Source: Spirochaetia bacterium
GTDB lineage: Bacteria > Spirochaetota > Spirochaetia > SZUA-6 > Bin103
Length of the DNA stretch: 64,000 bases
Direction: 5' to 3'
Assembly: GCA_965203905.1 (NCBI GenBank)
Contig: CBDBDQ010000003.1
Location: 1 to 64,000 of the forward strand
Each line of letters begins with the position of its first letter. The stretch's first letter is position 1. Shown here piece after piece: positions 52,940 to 61,371 of the stretch. Under the pieces are notes generated by a model. That model saw only the letters and a list, made by a program, of their open reading frames with translations, was not told the origin of the DNA and ran no database searches. The position numbers were made by a program, and so were the translations under genes.

Positions 52940-53712
52940 CCCAACCCCGCTTCACCTGCTGCTCGGGCGCTTCGCGCCACGGCACGGCACCGACGCTGAC
53001 GACGCAGGCTTCGATGATTCTGCGGGCCGGCGCCGGCTCCTCGGCTCGCCACGCCGGACCAGGCCGCAGCAGATCGCCGTCACCCCCCACAGAGCTGCCC
53101 TCACTGGCCCACAGGTCACCGCCCGGTGATCGCGGCGCGAGCCGGCGCCTTCTCACGAATTCTGAGCGTGTTCAGCAGGCTCAATCGTTCAAATAGGCCG
53201 ATGTCCTAGGTACAGTTAACGATTAGAGCGCAACGACGAAGGGGCCTAAACATATTACACTTAGATTATATATCGGTTACGTGATTTCATGCTGTCACGG
53301 AGAATAGTTGTGTTTCCACGATGAATCGGGCGATCTGCGCCGCAGTGTGCGCGCGCGTGGATGCGTGCGAGGTGCCGGCCGCTGGGCAGTCTTCCTCACC
53401 ACCCCCCTGGTGCAGATCACTGGTGATGCAGTTGCGCTGTCGTGCGGCATGGGCGATGCCCCGGGGCAGGGCTTTAGCCGTGGCGCCGCAGGCCCTACTA
53501 AAGGCCGGGGGTGCGGGGGGGGGCAGCCCCAGGCAGTGCACCTACGCCCTGAGTGACGAGTGCGCGTCCGCATTGAGGGTCTGCGCTTCGGATCGGGCAG
53601 GGTTACGTCCTCAGTGACAACTCTCCGCGCTCCAGCCTCCCGGGATAGCGCCGAGCGCAGCGGATTGGGGACGCGCCGTCTCCGAAGTTGCCGCTCGGAT
53701 CTAGAGCACCGC

Positions 53713-53869
53713 GGACACTTCGGACACTTCATTCCTACCCGTTTTGTTTTCTTTGTTTTGCCGTTTCTCGACACTAGAGGAAGTGTCTAAAGCGTCCCAA
53801 GTGTCTTATCGTTTTGTCCACAAGGACTTAGCTGCGGACACTTCCGAATTGAAGTGTCCTGAAGTGTCC
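53713..53869. promoter_or_regulatory. Iteron-like probable replication origin (GACACTT/AAGTGTC, ~8 copies in both orientations)
   Basis: GGACACTT at 53713, 53722, 53836; AAGTGTCY at 53781, 53799, 53852, 53862; T-rich spacer; directly downstream of the VapE gene. Confidence 0.7.
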
Positions 53870-53929
53870 AAGCGCGGTTGACGGGAGCGCAGCAGCCCTA
53901 TGCGGGCGTGGAGGCGCTCGCCGGCGCGG

Positions 53930-55312
53930 TCAGTCTGCGGTGGTGGTTGGTGGCCGCCGCCACCGTCTTGCGTTTCCGATCTTCGTCCGCTCGCAGCCGA
54001 GCTGCTGAAGGGCGCGTGTGACGCGCTTTCCCTTGACGGAGGTGGGCGGCGCTTCGGAATTGAAGCCGGCGGCCGCCATGGCCTCCTTCAGCGAAAACGG
54101 TGCGTGCTGCTTCACCAGCCAGTCGTTGAGCTTGTCCTCCAGCACTTCGTCGGCGTTGCGGTACCGTTCGGCTTGTTCGGCGGCAGCGCCGATCTCCAGC
54201 TCGAAGGGCATAACCGGCAAGATGCCCTTCTCGTAGCGTGTCCGAGCTTCCGCCCACAATTGACCGCGGTGGTCCGCAATCCAGTCACGCACGAAGCGCG
54301 CCGGCTGGCGCTTGCCATTGATGATCTTGGCTCCCAACTCCACCGGCGCGAAGCGGCGCAGGCCCGAGGGGTCGGACGGCAGGCACGAGCGGTCGTTGCT
54401 GGTCGCGGCCAGAGCAAAGCGGCGTGGCATGTGCTCGGGGTCGGATCGGTAAGTCAGCCGGATGCCGCATCATCGCGGCGTGAGAGATACGCTTTGATTT
54501 GCTCCAGGTCGGCCTTGGTGGAGCCGGTCATCTCCGATATTTCGACGATGACCCGGCCTTGCGTCGCTTCCACCCGTACCTTGTCGTCGGAGGTGAGGGA
54601 CAAACCGTCGCCGAACCACTCATCGCGATCTTCGGGCAGCAACACGCGCAGGAAAGTCGACTTGCCGATACCCTGGTCCCCGATCAGAATTGGCACCACG
54701 TCCTGCTGGTATCCTGGGCTCTTGCAGCGCCAAACCGCGGTGGTGAGCACGGCGCCCGAGGCCCACTTTACCACGGCTTGGTCTTGACCGGGGCGGACCT
54801 CGAACACGGTGTTGAGCAAAGTGTCCAGGCGCGGAACTCCGTCCCATGTGGGTAGGAGGAACAGCCAGCGCTCGAACGGATCTACCTCGCACTGGAAGCC
54901 GTACGCATCGATCACCTGTCCGCGTAGCGACATGGAGAAGCGCGCCGGTTTGTTAGGGGCAAAGTTGCAGGACTCGGCTATCTTCTCGAACAGGTAGGCG
55001 CGGCGGCGCGGGTTGGCTTCCTCCCAGACGGCTGGACCGGCGACACAAGTATCGAGGCAGATCTCGTACTTGCAGGAACGGACGTTGTATCGGATATCCG
55101 CGTTCAGTTCTGTCAGCGCGTGAATGAACCCTTCGGCGCTGACCGCGATGATCGGCTTCTGTCCGGCGGCCGTGTCCCCTCGTTTCGCTGGCGTGGAGCC
55201 GTTCTGCTGGCCGATGCTCGCCGGTGGCGCGGGGCGGTCGGTTGCGGCGGCCTGTCGGCGCCGGGTGGCGCCGGGTGGCGCCGTTTTCGGTTGGTCGTGG
55301 TGGTTGACGCAC
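53930..55312 (-). pseudogene. VapE-domain (virulence-associated E, helicase-like) replication protein, two frameshifts
   Basis: WDGVPRLD, PILIGDQGIGKSTF (Walker A), IVEISEM, IKAYLSRRDD/shift/IRLTY....MPRRFALAATSND..L..D.SG.RRF, QLWAEA. A 10-bp duplication near 55257-55283 separates the GTG start. Confidence 0.85.
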
Positions 55313-55615
55313 AGAACTCTCCCTTCCCCAAAAACGGATCTACTTCGGAGAAGGAGGTGAGCGGCAGCGCCAACAGAGGTGAAGCGCCTGCTACTAAGCG
55401 TATACAGCAGACGGGGCTCAGGTTGACCGCTCCAAGGAGCCGGAGCTAGACCACCAGCACGATACGACGCGCTATTGGTGCGGTGTTGCGGGTCTTACCC
55501 TCCCATGTAAGTCACGACAACATCGTGACCATTTCAGGTATTATTACAGGCAACACCTCGGACGTGTCAATGGGGAGGTCATTGCATGTGACCGGCTATT
55601 GGGGTATGAACTGAA

Positions 55616-55864
55616 GTGATGGAGAAGATTCCTAGAAACGAAGTGGTACGCGTACGCGCCATGGCTTACCGCCGCGGCATCCGCTTGGTAGCGTCCCGCA
55701 CGCGTGATCCGGGGGCCGCGGATTACGGCTGTTGGGCTATGCATGACGCTCGCACCGGCGAGTTGCTGCACGCCCCTGGCCCGATCAGCCCCTACGCTTT
55801 GTCCTGGGATCAAGTGAACGAAGCGCTACGAGTTGGCGTCGGCCAGGTGCTTGCAGCGTCGTGA
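55616..55864 (+). CDS. Small phage-type hypothetical protein
   Basis: RVRAMAYRRGIRLVASRTRDP.A.DYG.W.M.D motif pattern seen in small phage proteins. Confidence 0.6.
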   Translation: MMEKIPRNEVVRVRAMAYRRGIRLVASRTRDPGAADYGCWAMHDARTGELLHAPGPISPYALSWDQVNEALRVGVGQVLAAS

Positions 55865-56146
55865 TGTCGGCCAGCGCGGCATAGCAGCAGCCCCCATAAC
55901 CACCGGCTGGGGTGACGCGCCGCGGCGCCATCGGATGCACTCACGACGATCAGGGCTCCCACGGTCTCGTTTCCTCCGGGTGCTCTGGTCGCTGGTACCC
56001 TTGGGCAGTCCTGGAAGCGTCACCGGGCGCCGTCTCTTTCAGCCGCAGATCAGCCGCTCTTGGCCCTCAGCGTTGCTTGCAGCGCGGAAGTGGTGGTTAT
56101 TTGGCCGCCTGCGAGCGTTCCTGGCCGTCCTGAGCAAGGCTGCGGC

Positions 56147-56189
56147 AAAAAAAGAGCCGCTCCACCTGGGCGCTCAAGGTGGAGCGGCT
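56147..56189 (-). terminator. Rho-independent terminator of the minus-strand operon
   Basis: 13-bp perfect stem AGCCGCTCCACCT/AGGTGGAGCGGCT followed by CTTTTTTT on the minus strand. Confidence 0.85.
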
Positions 56190-56278
56190 GGCTTGGGAGG
56201 GATCAGGACAGTCGAATCGGCGCCGCGCCTTGGTTCAGCGTACGGTTGTGACCAGGACCACGGCAAGCCGCCCGGCAC

Positions 56279-57343
56279 TCAACCAGGTGCAGGCGGCGGA
56301 TCGGTGCGCCCGGGCGGCTCGGGGTCGGACTCGTCCCGCGAATCCGCGGGCTTGGCCGGCACCAGCATCGGCGGCGGTATATACGGCACGTGCAGCAGCT
56401 CGGCGGCCCGACGCTTCGCTTCCTCGGGGCGGCGGTCGTAAATTTGTGTGGTCGAGACGTTGGAATGCCCCGCGAGCTTCTGCACGGCGCTGATGTCCGC
56501 GCCGGCGTCGAGTAGCTCGCCGACGAAGCTGCGGCGCAGATCGTGTGGCGAGAAGCGGGTGATGCCGGCTTGGTCGGCGAGGTAGCGCAGGCGAACCAGC
56601 ACCGCCTGGGCGGTCATGCGCCGGTGCCGAATCTTTCCTCCCTTGGCGACCGGACACAGCAGCGCCCCCGGCCAGATACCGCGGCGGGCCAGCCAAGCGT
56701 CGATCGCGGCGCGACCACCCGTCGGGGGATAGACGATGCGATCCTTCCGTCCCTTACCTGAGCGCACCGTGACCGCGCCGGCATCGTAATCGGCAAGTTC
56801 CAGGGCGACGACCTCGCTGCGGCGCAACCCACACCCGTACAGCAGGCCGAGCATGGCCGCATCGCGGGCGCCTACCGGGGTGTCGTTTCTGCTGCAGGTG
56901 TCGAACAGGCGGCGCATGTCGCCGGCGTCGACGTGGCGGCCCGCCGGTAGGGTGCTCGCCGCCACGCTCTTGATAGCGACCACGCGCATCATCGTGTCGG
57001 CGTCGATCAGCCCGAGGTTGAAAGCCTCCTTGATGACGCCGCGCAGGGCCGAGAGCATGTGATTGATGGAGGCGGGCTTGGTGTCCTCGTCGATCAGCCG
57101 GGCCCGTAACGCCATGATGTGCTGATAGCGCAACTCGGTCCAGTCCACGGCCAGCGCATCGGTGGTGATGCCGCCGGTGAGGATCATGGCAGCGCGGTTG
57201 AGCGCGTGCTGCAGGCCGCGGCGACCGACCGAGGACGCCTTGGCGGCGAGGTAGACGGCGGCCGGGTTGCGGTCGAGGGGTCCCGGCGCGGTGACGGGCA
57301 CCGGCGGGCTGGCGGGCGGATCGGGGCGGTCGGTGGTGCTCAT
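56279..57343 (-). CDS. Tyrosine recombinase (XerC/D-like integrase)
   Basis: RDAAMLGLLYGCGLRRSE, GKGRKDR, PHDLRRSF, LAGHSNVSTTQIYDRR; AGGAGG RBS. Confidence 0.95.
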   Translation of the reverse strand: MSTTDRPDPPASPPVPVTAPGPLDRNPAAVYLAAKASSVGRRGLQHALNRAAMILTGGITTDALAVDWTELRYQHIMALRARLIDEDTKPASINHMLSALRGVIKEAFNLGLIDADTMMRVVAIKSVAASTLPAGRHVDAGDMRRLFDTCSRNDTPVGARDAAMLGLLYGCGLRRSEVVALELADYDAGAVTVRSGKGRKDRIVYPPTGGRAAIDAWLARRGIWPGALLCPVAKGGKIRHRRMTAQAVLVRLRYLADQAGITRFSPHDLRRSFVGELLDAGADISAVQKLAGHSNVSTTQIYDRRPEEAKRRAAELLHVPYIPPPMLVPAKPADSRDESDPEPPGRTDPPPAPG

Positions 57344-57394
57344 GCACTGTTCCTCCTGTGTAGTGAATTGCGGCGCCCGGTTAGGGCGCAGGTA

Positions 57395-57463
57395 GGGCGA
57401 GAGGACAGGGCTCGAACCTGCCGCGGATCTTGACCCGCTTCTCCAGCCAGAATCACTCTCGCC
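57395..57463 (-). ncRNA. tRNA-like cloverleaf element A (non-canonical)
   Basis: GGCGAGAG/CTCTCGCC 8-bp acceptor, TTCT-GGCTGG-AGAA D-like arm, GCGGG-TCAAGA-TCCGC arm with 6-nt loop, GGCAGG-TTCGAGC-CCTGTC T arm; no variable loop, no CCA. Confidence 0.7.
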
Positions 57464-57478
57464 AAGGTGGGACCGCTG

Positions 57479-57784
57479 CTACCGCAGCGCGCGGTCCCAG
57501 CGCCGCGCTGCGATGCGGGCGCGCTGCAAGCTGCGCCAGCCGCAGCCGTAGGTGCGGTGCCAGCGGCGGCGCGCGAAGTAGCCGCAGCCCAGGATGGGCG
57601 GTGCCGGCGCCGTCCCCCTTCCCCTGGCGACGCGATCCCGGAGGATCGTCCTCCAGCCGTCAAACTCGCGCCAACGCAGGCGCGTGACGTCGCGGGCCAT
57701 CACCTGCATCAGCACAGCCGCGTAGGCGGCCGTGGCGGCCACCAGCAGCGCCGGCGGCGCTGACCAGATCAGATCAATCAGCAC
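57479..57784 (-). CDS. Hypothetical membrane-anchored protein
   Basis: AGGAGG + GTG; N-terminal hydrophobic helix. Confidence 0.6.
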   Translation of the reverse strand: MLIDLIWSAPPALLVAATAAYAAVLMQVMARDVTRLRWREFDGWRTILRDRVARGRGTAPAPPILGCGYFARRRWHRTYGCGWRSLQRARIAARRWDRALR

Positions 57785-57873
57785 GGGCGACCTCCTGCCG
57801 GCCCGGTCGGCCCCGGAAGGGGACAGGCGGTAACGGGCGCCCGTGGCAGGCGCCCGTGGTAGGGTGGTGTAGG

Positions 57874-57984
57874 TCACCCGTCGCCTTGCGGGCGAGTATG
57901 CAGCCGCACCAGGAAGCGCACGGCGACCCACACCAGGAGGGCGGCAGCCGCGCAGGCCGCCGCCCCCAGGAACAACTCCGCCAC
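57874..57984 (-). CDS. 36-aa single-TM peptide
   Basis: MAELFLGAAACAAAALLVWVAVRFLVRLHTRPQGDG, starting 3 nt after the upstream stop. Confidence 0.45.
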   Translation of the reverse strand: MAELFLGAAACAAAALLVWVAVRFLVRLHTRPQGDG

Positions 57985-57987
57985 CGG

Positions 57988-58464
57988 CTACTTCGCGTCC
58001 AGCGCCGCCGCCTCCCAGCCCTCCGGGAGCTGCTGGGTCTCGGGGCCGCGCTCCCACACCAGCGGCGACGCGTCGGCCGCGGCCGCGGCGATGGCCTCGG
58101 CGAAGTGGGCGTCGATGTCGACGTGCACCGGCAGCGCAACGGCGTCCGAAGCCGCCAGATCCAGCCCCAGGTCCTCGGACGCCGCGTCCCAGGCGGGAGG
58201 ATCGACGAACGGCACCACCAACTCGGCCGCGTAGCCGTAGCCGAGGAAGGTGTAAGCGTCGCGCGGCAGGCCGACCGGCCCGTCACTGACGGTGACGAAT
58301 GCGACGTCGGCCGGTGCTGCGTAGAGGGCGGCGAGCGGGTCGCCGTTCCCCGGCGCCGGCGCGGCGTCCGACGTGGCCGGCGCGGTCTCGTTGCCGGTGC
58401 AACCCATGACGATGATCGCCACCAGGGCGATCACGATGATCGGTACTCCAAGCTGCTTCACCAT
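57988..58464 (-). CDS. Putative lipoprotein
   Basis: AAGGAG RBS; MVKQLGVPIIVIALVAIIVMG|C lipobox. Confidence 0.7.
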   Translation of the reverse strand: MVKQLGVPIIVIALVAIIVMGCTGNETAPATSDAAPAPGNGDPLAALYAAPADVAFVTVSDGPVGLPRDAYTFLGYGYAAELVVPFVDPPAWDAASEDLGLDLAASDAVALPVHVDIDAHFAEAIAAAAADASPLVWERGPETQQLPEGWEAAALDAK

Positions 58465-58493
58465 GGAGAGCTCCTTGGCCGCAGTAGCGGCTA

Positions 58494-58541
58494 CGGACGT
58501 GCGGCAGGAATCGAACCTGCGCATACCCAACCCGGCGTCCG
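58494..58541 (-). ncRNA. tRNA-like element B (closing stem + GG-containing linker + perfect T arm)
   Basis: CGGACG/CGTCCG closing stem and GCAGG-TTCGATT-CCTGC canonical T arm. Confidence 0.6.
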
Positions 58542-58665
58542 GACACAGACAGGGCGCCCCCGGTGTCGAGGGCGCCCTGTAGGCGCGTCGTGCGGTGTGT
58601 GTGGTAGGTTGCCGGCGGTCCGCCGGCGCGGTGTCAGCTCGGTTCCGCTTCCAGGTAGCGGCGCC

Positions 58666-58929
58666 TCAGCCCCGCAGCTCGCGCAGGCGGAACACGCCGT
58701 CGGCGTTGATCCGCCCCCGGTCCGCTGCCTCGGCGTAGTGAAGCTCGCCATCGCTGGCGAGAACCTGCAGCGGGTAGCCGGGGGGCGATGTCAGCGGCGC
58801 GAAGCGCGGGTTGCGCTGCGCATAGCCGGCGGGGTAGCTGGCGGTTTCCAGGTCGCCGGCGTGGTAGACCAGGCGGAAGACGGCGACCTTGCCATCGTTG
58901 GTGCGCCACAGTGCCTCGCAATCGCTCAT
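58666..58929 (-). CDS. Hypothetical protein
   Basis: MSDCEALWRTNDG...; ATGA overlap with the upstream gene. Confidence 0.6.
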   Translation of the reverse strand: MSDCEALWRTNDGKVAVFRLVYHAGDLETASYPAGYAQRNPRFAPLTSPPGYPLQVLASDGELHYAEAADRGRINADGVFRLRELRG

Positions 58930-59126
58930 GGGCAGCCCCGTAGCGCCAGCGCGGCGGCGTAGCCGTCCAGGTAGGCGTGTGCCTCGGCCGCGGTGCCGTG
59001 GAAAAGCCACTGACCGCCCCGAAAGACGGTGTAGCCGGCGATCCCTGCGCCGGCGCCGTGTGGCTCGACCTCGACCCGCAAACCGAGCTTCGCGGCCCGG
59101 TCGGCCAACGTCATGGTGCGGGTCAT
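58926..59126 (-). CDS. Hypothetical protein
   Basis: MTRTMTLADRAAKLGLRVEV...; ATGA overlaps on both sides. Confidence 0.6.
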   Translation of the reverse strand: MTRTMTLADRAAKLGLRVEVEPHGAGAGIAGYTVFRGGQWLFHGTAAEAHAYLDGYAAALALRGCP

Positions 59127-59332
59127 TCTCGATGCTCCGGCGGCGGCGCGCGCTCGTAGGCCTCGACGACCTCGAACGCGCAGTCCCTCACGTGGTCGTT
59201 GCCCGCGTCCTCGTCGAACACAGCGGCACGCAGGTTTTTGATGGCGGTGTGCAGCTCGCGCTCGACGCGCTTGTTCTCGCGGCGCTCCTGGCGCTCCTGG
59301 CGCCGGCGTTGCGATCCTTCGCGATTTCGCAT
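59123..59332 (-). CDS. Hypothetical protein
   Basis: AGGAGG RBS, 69 aa. Confidence 0.6.
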   Translation of the reverse strand: MRNREGSQRRRQERQERRENKRVERELHTAIKNLRAAVFDEDAGNDHVRDCAFEVVEAYERAPPPEHRE

Positions 59333-59435
59333 AGGGTTGGTCCTCCTGTCCTCTGCGGCTCGACTTGGATGGAAACGGCCGGCCGCAGAGACGGGGGACG
59401 ACGGGCTGGGGACAACCCGCCATCCCCTTGTGGAT

Positions 59436-59813
59436 CTAGGTGGCTGCGGCTGCCGGTTCCGCGTCGCGGGACCGGTGCCGTACCGGCTGGAACTCCACCT
59501 GCTCGGCGACGATCACGACCTTGGACCGCGCGTTGCCGTGCGGGTCGTCCCAGCGCTCTTGCTTGAGGCGCCCGACCACGCGGATGCCGCGCCCCTTGGC
59601 GAGGTGCTCGTGGCACACTTCGGCGAGCTTGCCCCACGTGGTGGTCTCGATGAACGAGACTTCCTCGGTGCGCTCGCCCTGGCGTTCCGGGTCTCTGTAG
59701 GAGCGGTTGCTAGCCAGCACCAGCGTGCACGTCGGCGTGCCCTTCGGCGTGTAGCGCAGCTCAGGCTCGCGGCACAGATTGCCCTCGATCAAAACACTGT
59801 TGAGGTTATTCAA
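59436..59813 (-). CDS. ssb: Single-stranded DNA-binding protein (short, no acidic DDDIPF tail)
   Basis: NSVLIEGNLCREPELRYTPKG...WGKLAE....L.KG..I.V.GRLKQERW; AGGAGG + TTG start. Confidence 0.93.
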   Translation of the reverse strand: MNNLNSVLIEGNLCREPELRYTPKGTPTCTLVLASNRSYRDPERQGERTEEVSFIETTTWGKLAEVCHEHLAKGRGIRVVGRLKQERWDDPHGNARSKVVIVAEQVEFQPVRHRSRDAEPAAAAT

Positions 59814-59829
59814 CGTGATAACCCTCCTG

Positions 59830-59903
59830 TGGCCATGGCTCATTCAGGCACCGGGCGGCCAATCCCGGCACGATACGGGCCAGCTACGGCCCGTATTTCG
59901 CCA
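59830..59903 (-). ncRNA. Type II hammerhead ribozyme (candidate) with loop I-3' tail pseudoknot
   Basis: UGGC-GAAA, 9-bp stem III ending AUC, 8-bp stem I (GUGCCGGG/CCCGGUGC), core CUGAAUGA, GCCA closing stem II; loop UGGCCG pairs with tail UGGCCA. Confidence 0.85.
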
Positions 59904-60182
59904 CTATTCGGCGATGGCTCCCGTGACCCAGCCGCGCGCGGTGTCGAGCGCAGCAGGCACGGTGCGGTGAGATTCGGTGCGGCAGTCGCCGCCGTCCTCG
60001 CGCAGCAGCAGCACGCTGTACGGCCGGCCGTGGCGCCCCATCAGGGACAGGGAACTGCGCCACACCACGGCGCGCCGGTTGCCCTGGCGGTAGACCAGGA
60101 CCCGGCGCGGCGCGCGGGTGAAGCGCGCAGGCTCGCGGGAGAGTTGCAGGCGCAGGCCGTCGCGGATGGCGACCTTTATCAG
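59904..60182 (-). CDS. Hypothetical protein
   Basis: Open frame coupled to the upstream stop; start codon uncertain. Confidence 0.45.
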   Translation of the reverse strand: MIKVAIRDGLRLQLSREPARFTRAPRRVLVYRQGNRRAVVWRSSLSLMGRHGRPYSVLLLREDGGDCRTESHRTVPAALDTARGWVTGAIAE

Positions 60183-60595
60183 GCTGCCTCCGGCTGCCGC
60201 AGCAGCGCGCCGGCGCGGCGCAGCCGCTCGGTCACGGTCGTCGGCCCGATCTCCGCGTGGTCGTTCCATGAGGCAATCGCGCTCATCGGCAGCGTGCCGG
60301 GGTCGAAGAAATCCGGATGCGTCTCCAGGATCGCGTCGACCATCGCGCGCTGCGCGGTCTCGGTGATGGTTCCCAGCAGTTGCGGGGGCGCGCTGCGCCG
60401 CGCCGCGACGTGGATCGCGCCGGAAGCGCACCAGCACACCGCGTCGCCGCTGGTCGGTGCGCAGGGCACGTTGTCGGCGCCGCGCGCCGTGGAGAAGCGG
60501 CACCACCCGGTCTCGATGTACCGGGCGGCGCCGTCCAGGACCTCCGCTGCCGCGGCACGGATGGTCTGAGGCTGCGGTTGCGCCACCACCACCAT
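60179..60595 (-). CDS. DUF6197-like phage protein
   Basis: VLDGAARYIETGWC...A.......AVCWCASGAI....I.SWND......V...LRRA. Confidence 0.7.
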   Translation of the reverse strand: MVVVAQPQPQTIRAAAAEVLDGAARYIETGWCRFSTARGADNVPCAPTSGDAVCWCASGAIHVAARRSAPPQLLGTITETAQRAMVDAILETHPDFFDPGTLPMSAIASWNDHAEIGPTTVTERLRRAGALLRQPEAA

Positions 60596-61041
60596 CAGGC
60601 AGCGCTCCGGGCCACGTAGTCGCCGAGCGGGTAGTCGGTGACCGCCGGCCTGCCGCTGCGCAGCCGGATCAGCTCCCGCAGGTGCCGGCGGATGTCGGTC
60701 TCCAGTTGGAAGCGGGCCAAGACCCACTGTCCAGCCGCAGCCTCCCAGTTGGCGCTGCCGGTGGGCTTGGCCCGCAGCCGCGCCTGCGCCTCGCAGCGCC
60801 GGAAGTAGGTCACGGTCTCCCGGTCCGCCTTCAGCGTCCGCTCGACCATGGTGACCAAGCTCGGCAGCGTGCCGTAGGCGGCGACGCCACGGGCGCAGCC
60901 GCGCTCGACCCGGCTGCCGTCGTGCATGGTCCACACGGTGCTGTAGGTGCGATCCTCGACCGTGACGGCCGCGGCGCGCAGTCGCGCCATGCGCTCGGCG
61001 TCGTCCAGGTCCTGCCTGATGAAGCGTTGTGCAGCGGTCAT
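60595..61041 (-). CDS. Hypothetical protein
   Basis: GGAGG RBS, TGATG coupling to the next gene. Confidence 0.7.
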   Translation of the reverse strand: MTAAQRFIRQDLDDAERMARLRAAAVTVEDRTYSTVWTMHDGSRVERGCARGVAAYGTLPSLVTMVERTLKADRETVTYFRRCEAQARLRAKPTGSANWEAAAGQWVLARFQLETDIRRHLRELIRLRSGRPAVTDYPLGDYVARSAA

Positions 61042-61092
61042 TCAGGTTCCCTCCAGAATTGCCCCGGCGCCCTGTAGCGCCTGCGAGCTTCG

Positions 61093-61139
61093 GCCGGCAA
61101 GGGTGGGGTTGAACCACGCTCAACGCTGGTCCCGCCGGC
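61093..61139 (-). ncRNA. tRNA-like element C (acceptor-like stem + T arm)
   Basis: GCCGGCGGG/CTTGCCGGC stem and GTGG-TTCAACC-CCAC T-loop hairpin, beginning 7 nt after a stop codon. Confidence 0.5.
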
Positions 61140-61146
61140 TCCAGTT

Positions 61147-61371
61147 TCACGAAGCTGCCTCGCTGTCGGCCGGCACTTCCCCGCGCCAGCCCCATGCCTC
61201 AGCCACGTCCAGCGCCAAGCCCCCGGCGCCCCGCTCCGCGTACCATGCGACCTCGCCGTCCTGCTTGGCGTAGATCGCCCAGTAGATCGAGGCGACCGAT
61301 GAGCGCGTTTCCTCCCGCCGGATGACCAGCGTCTCGCGCCCGTTCTGTCCGTGGATCAACTCCCCTGCCAT
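61147..61371 (-). CDS. Hypothetical protein
   Basis: 74-aa ORF abutting the radC stop. Confidence 0.6.
   Translation of the reverse strand: MAGELIHGQNGRETLVIRREETRSSVASIYWAIYAKQDGEVAWYAERGAGGLALDVAEAWGWRGEVPADSEAAS

Noticed and set aside
57395-57463. Calling element A a functional tRNA gene
   Set aside because: The 6-nt anticodon loop, 8+6 stem geometry, lack of variable loop and lack of CCA are non-canonical; kept as tRNA-like only.
59345-59400. Twister or HDV-like/theta ribozyme in this gap or 3' of the tRNA-like elements
   Set aside because: Could not place the conserved catalytic nucleotides or double pseudoknots by eye.
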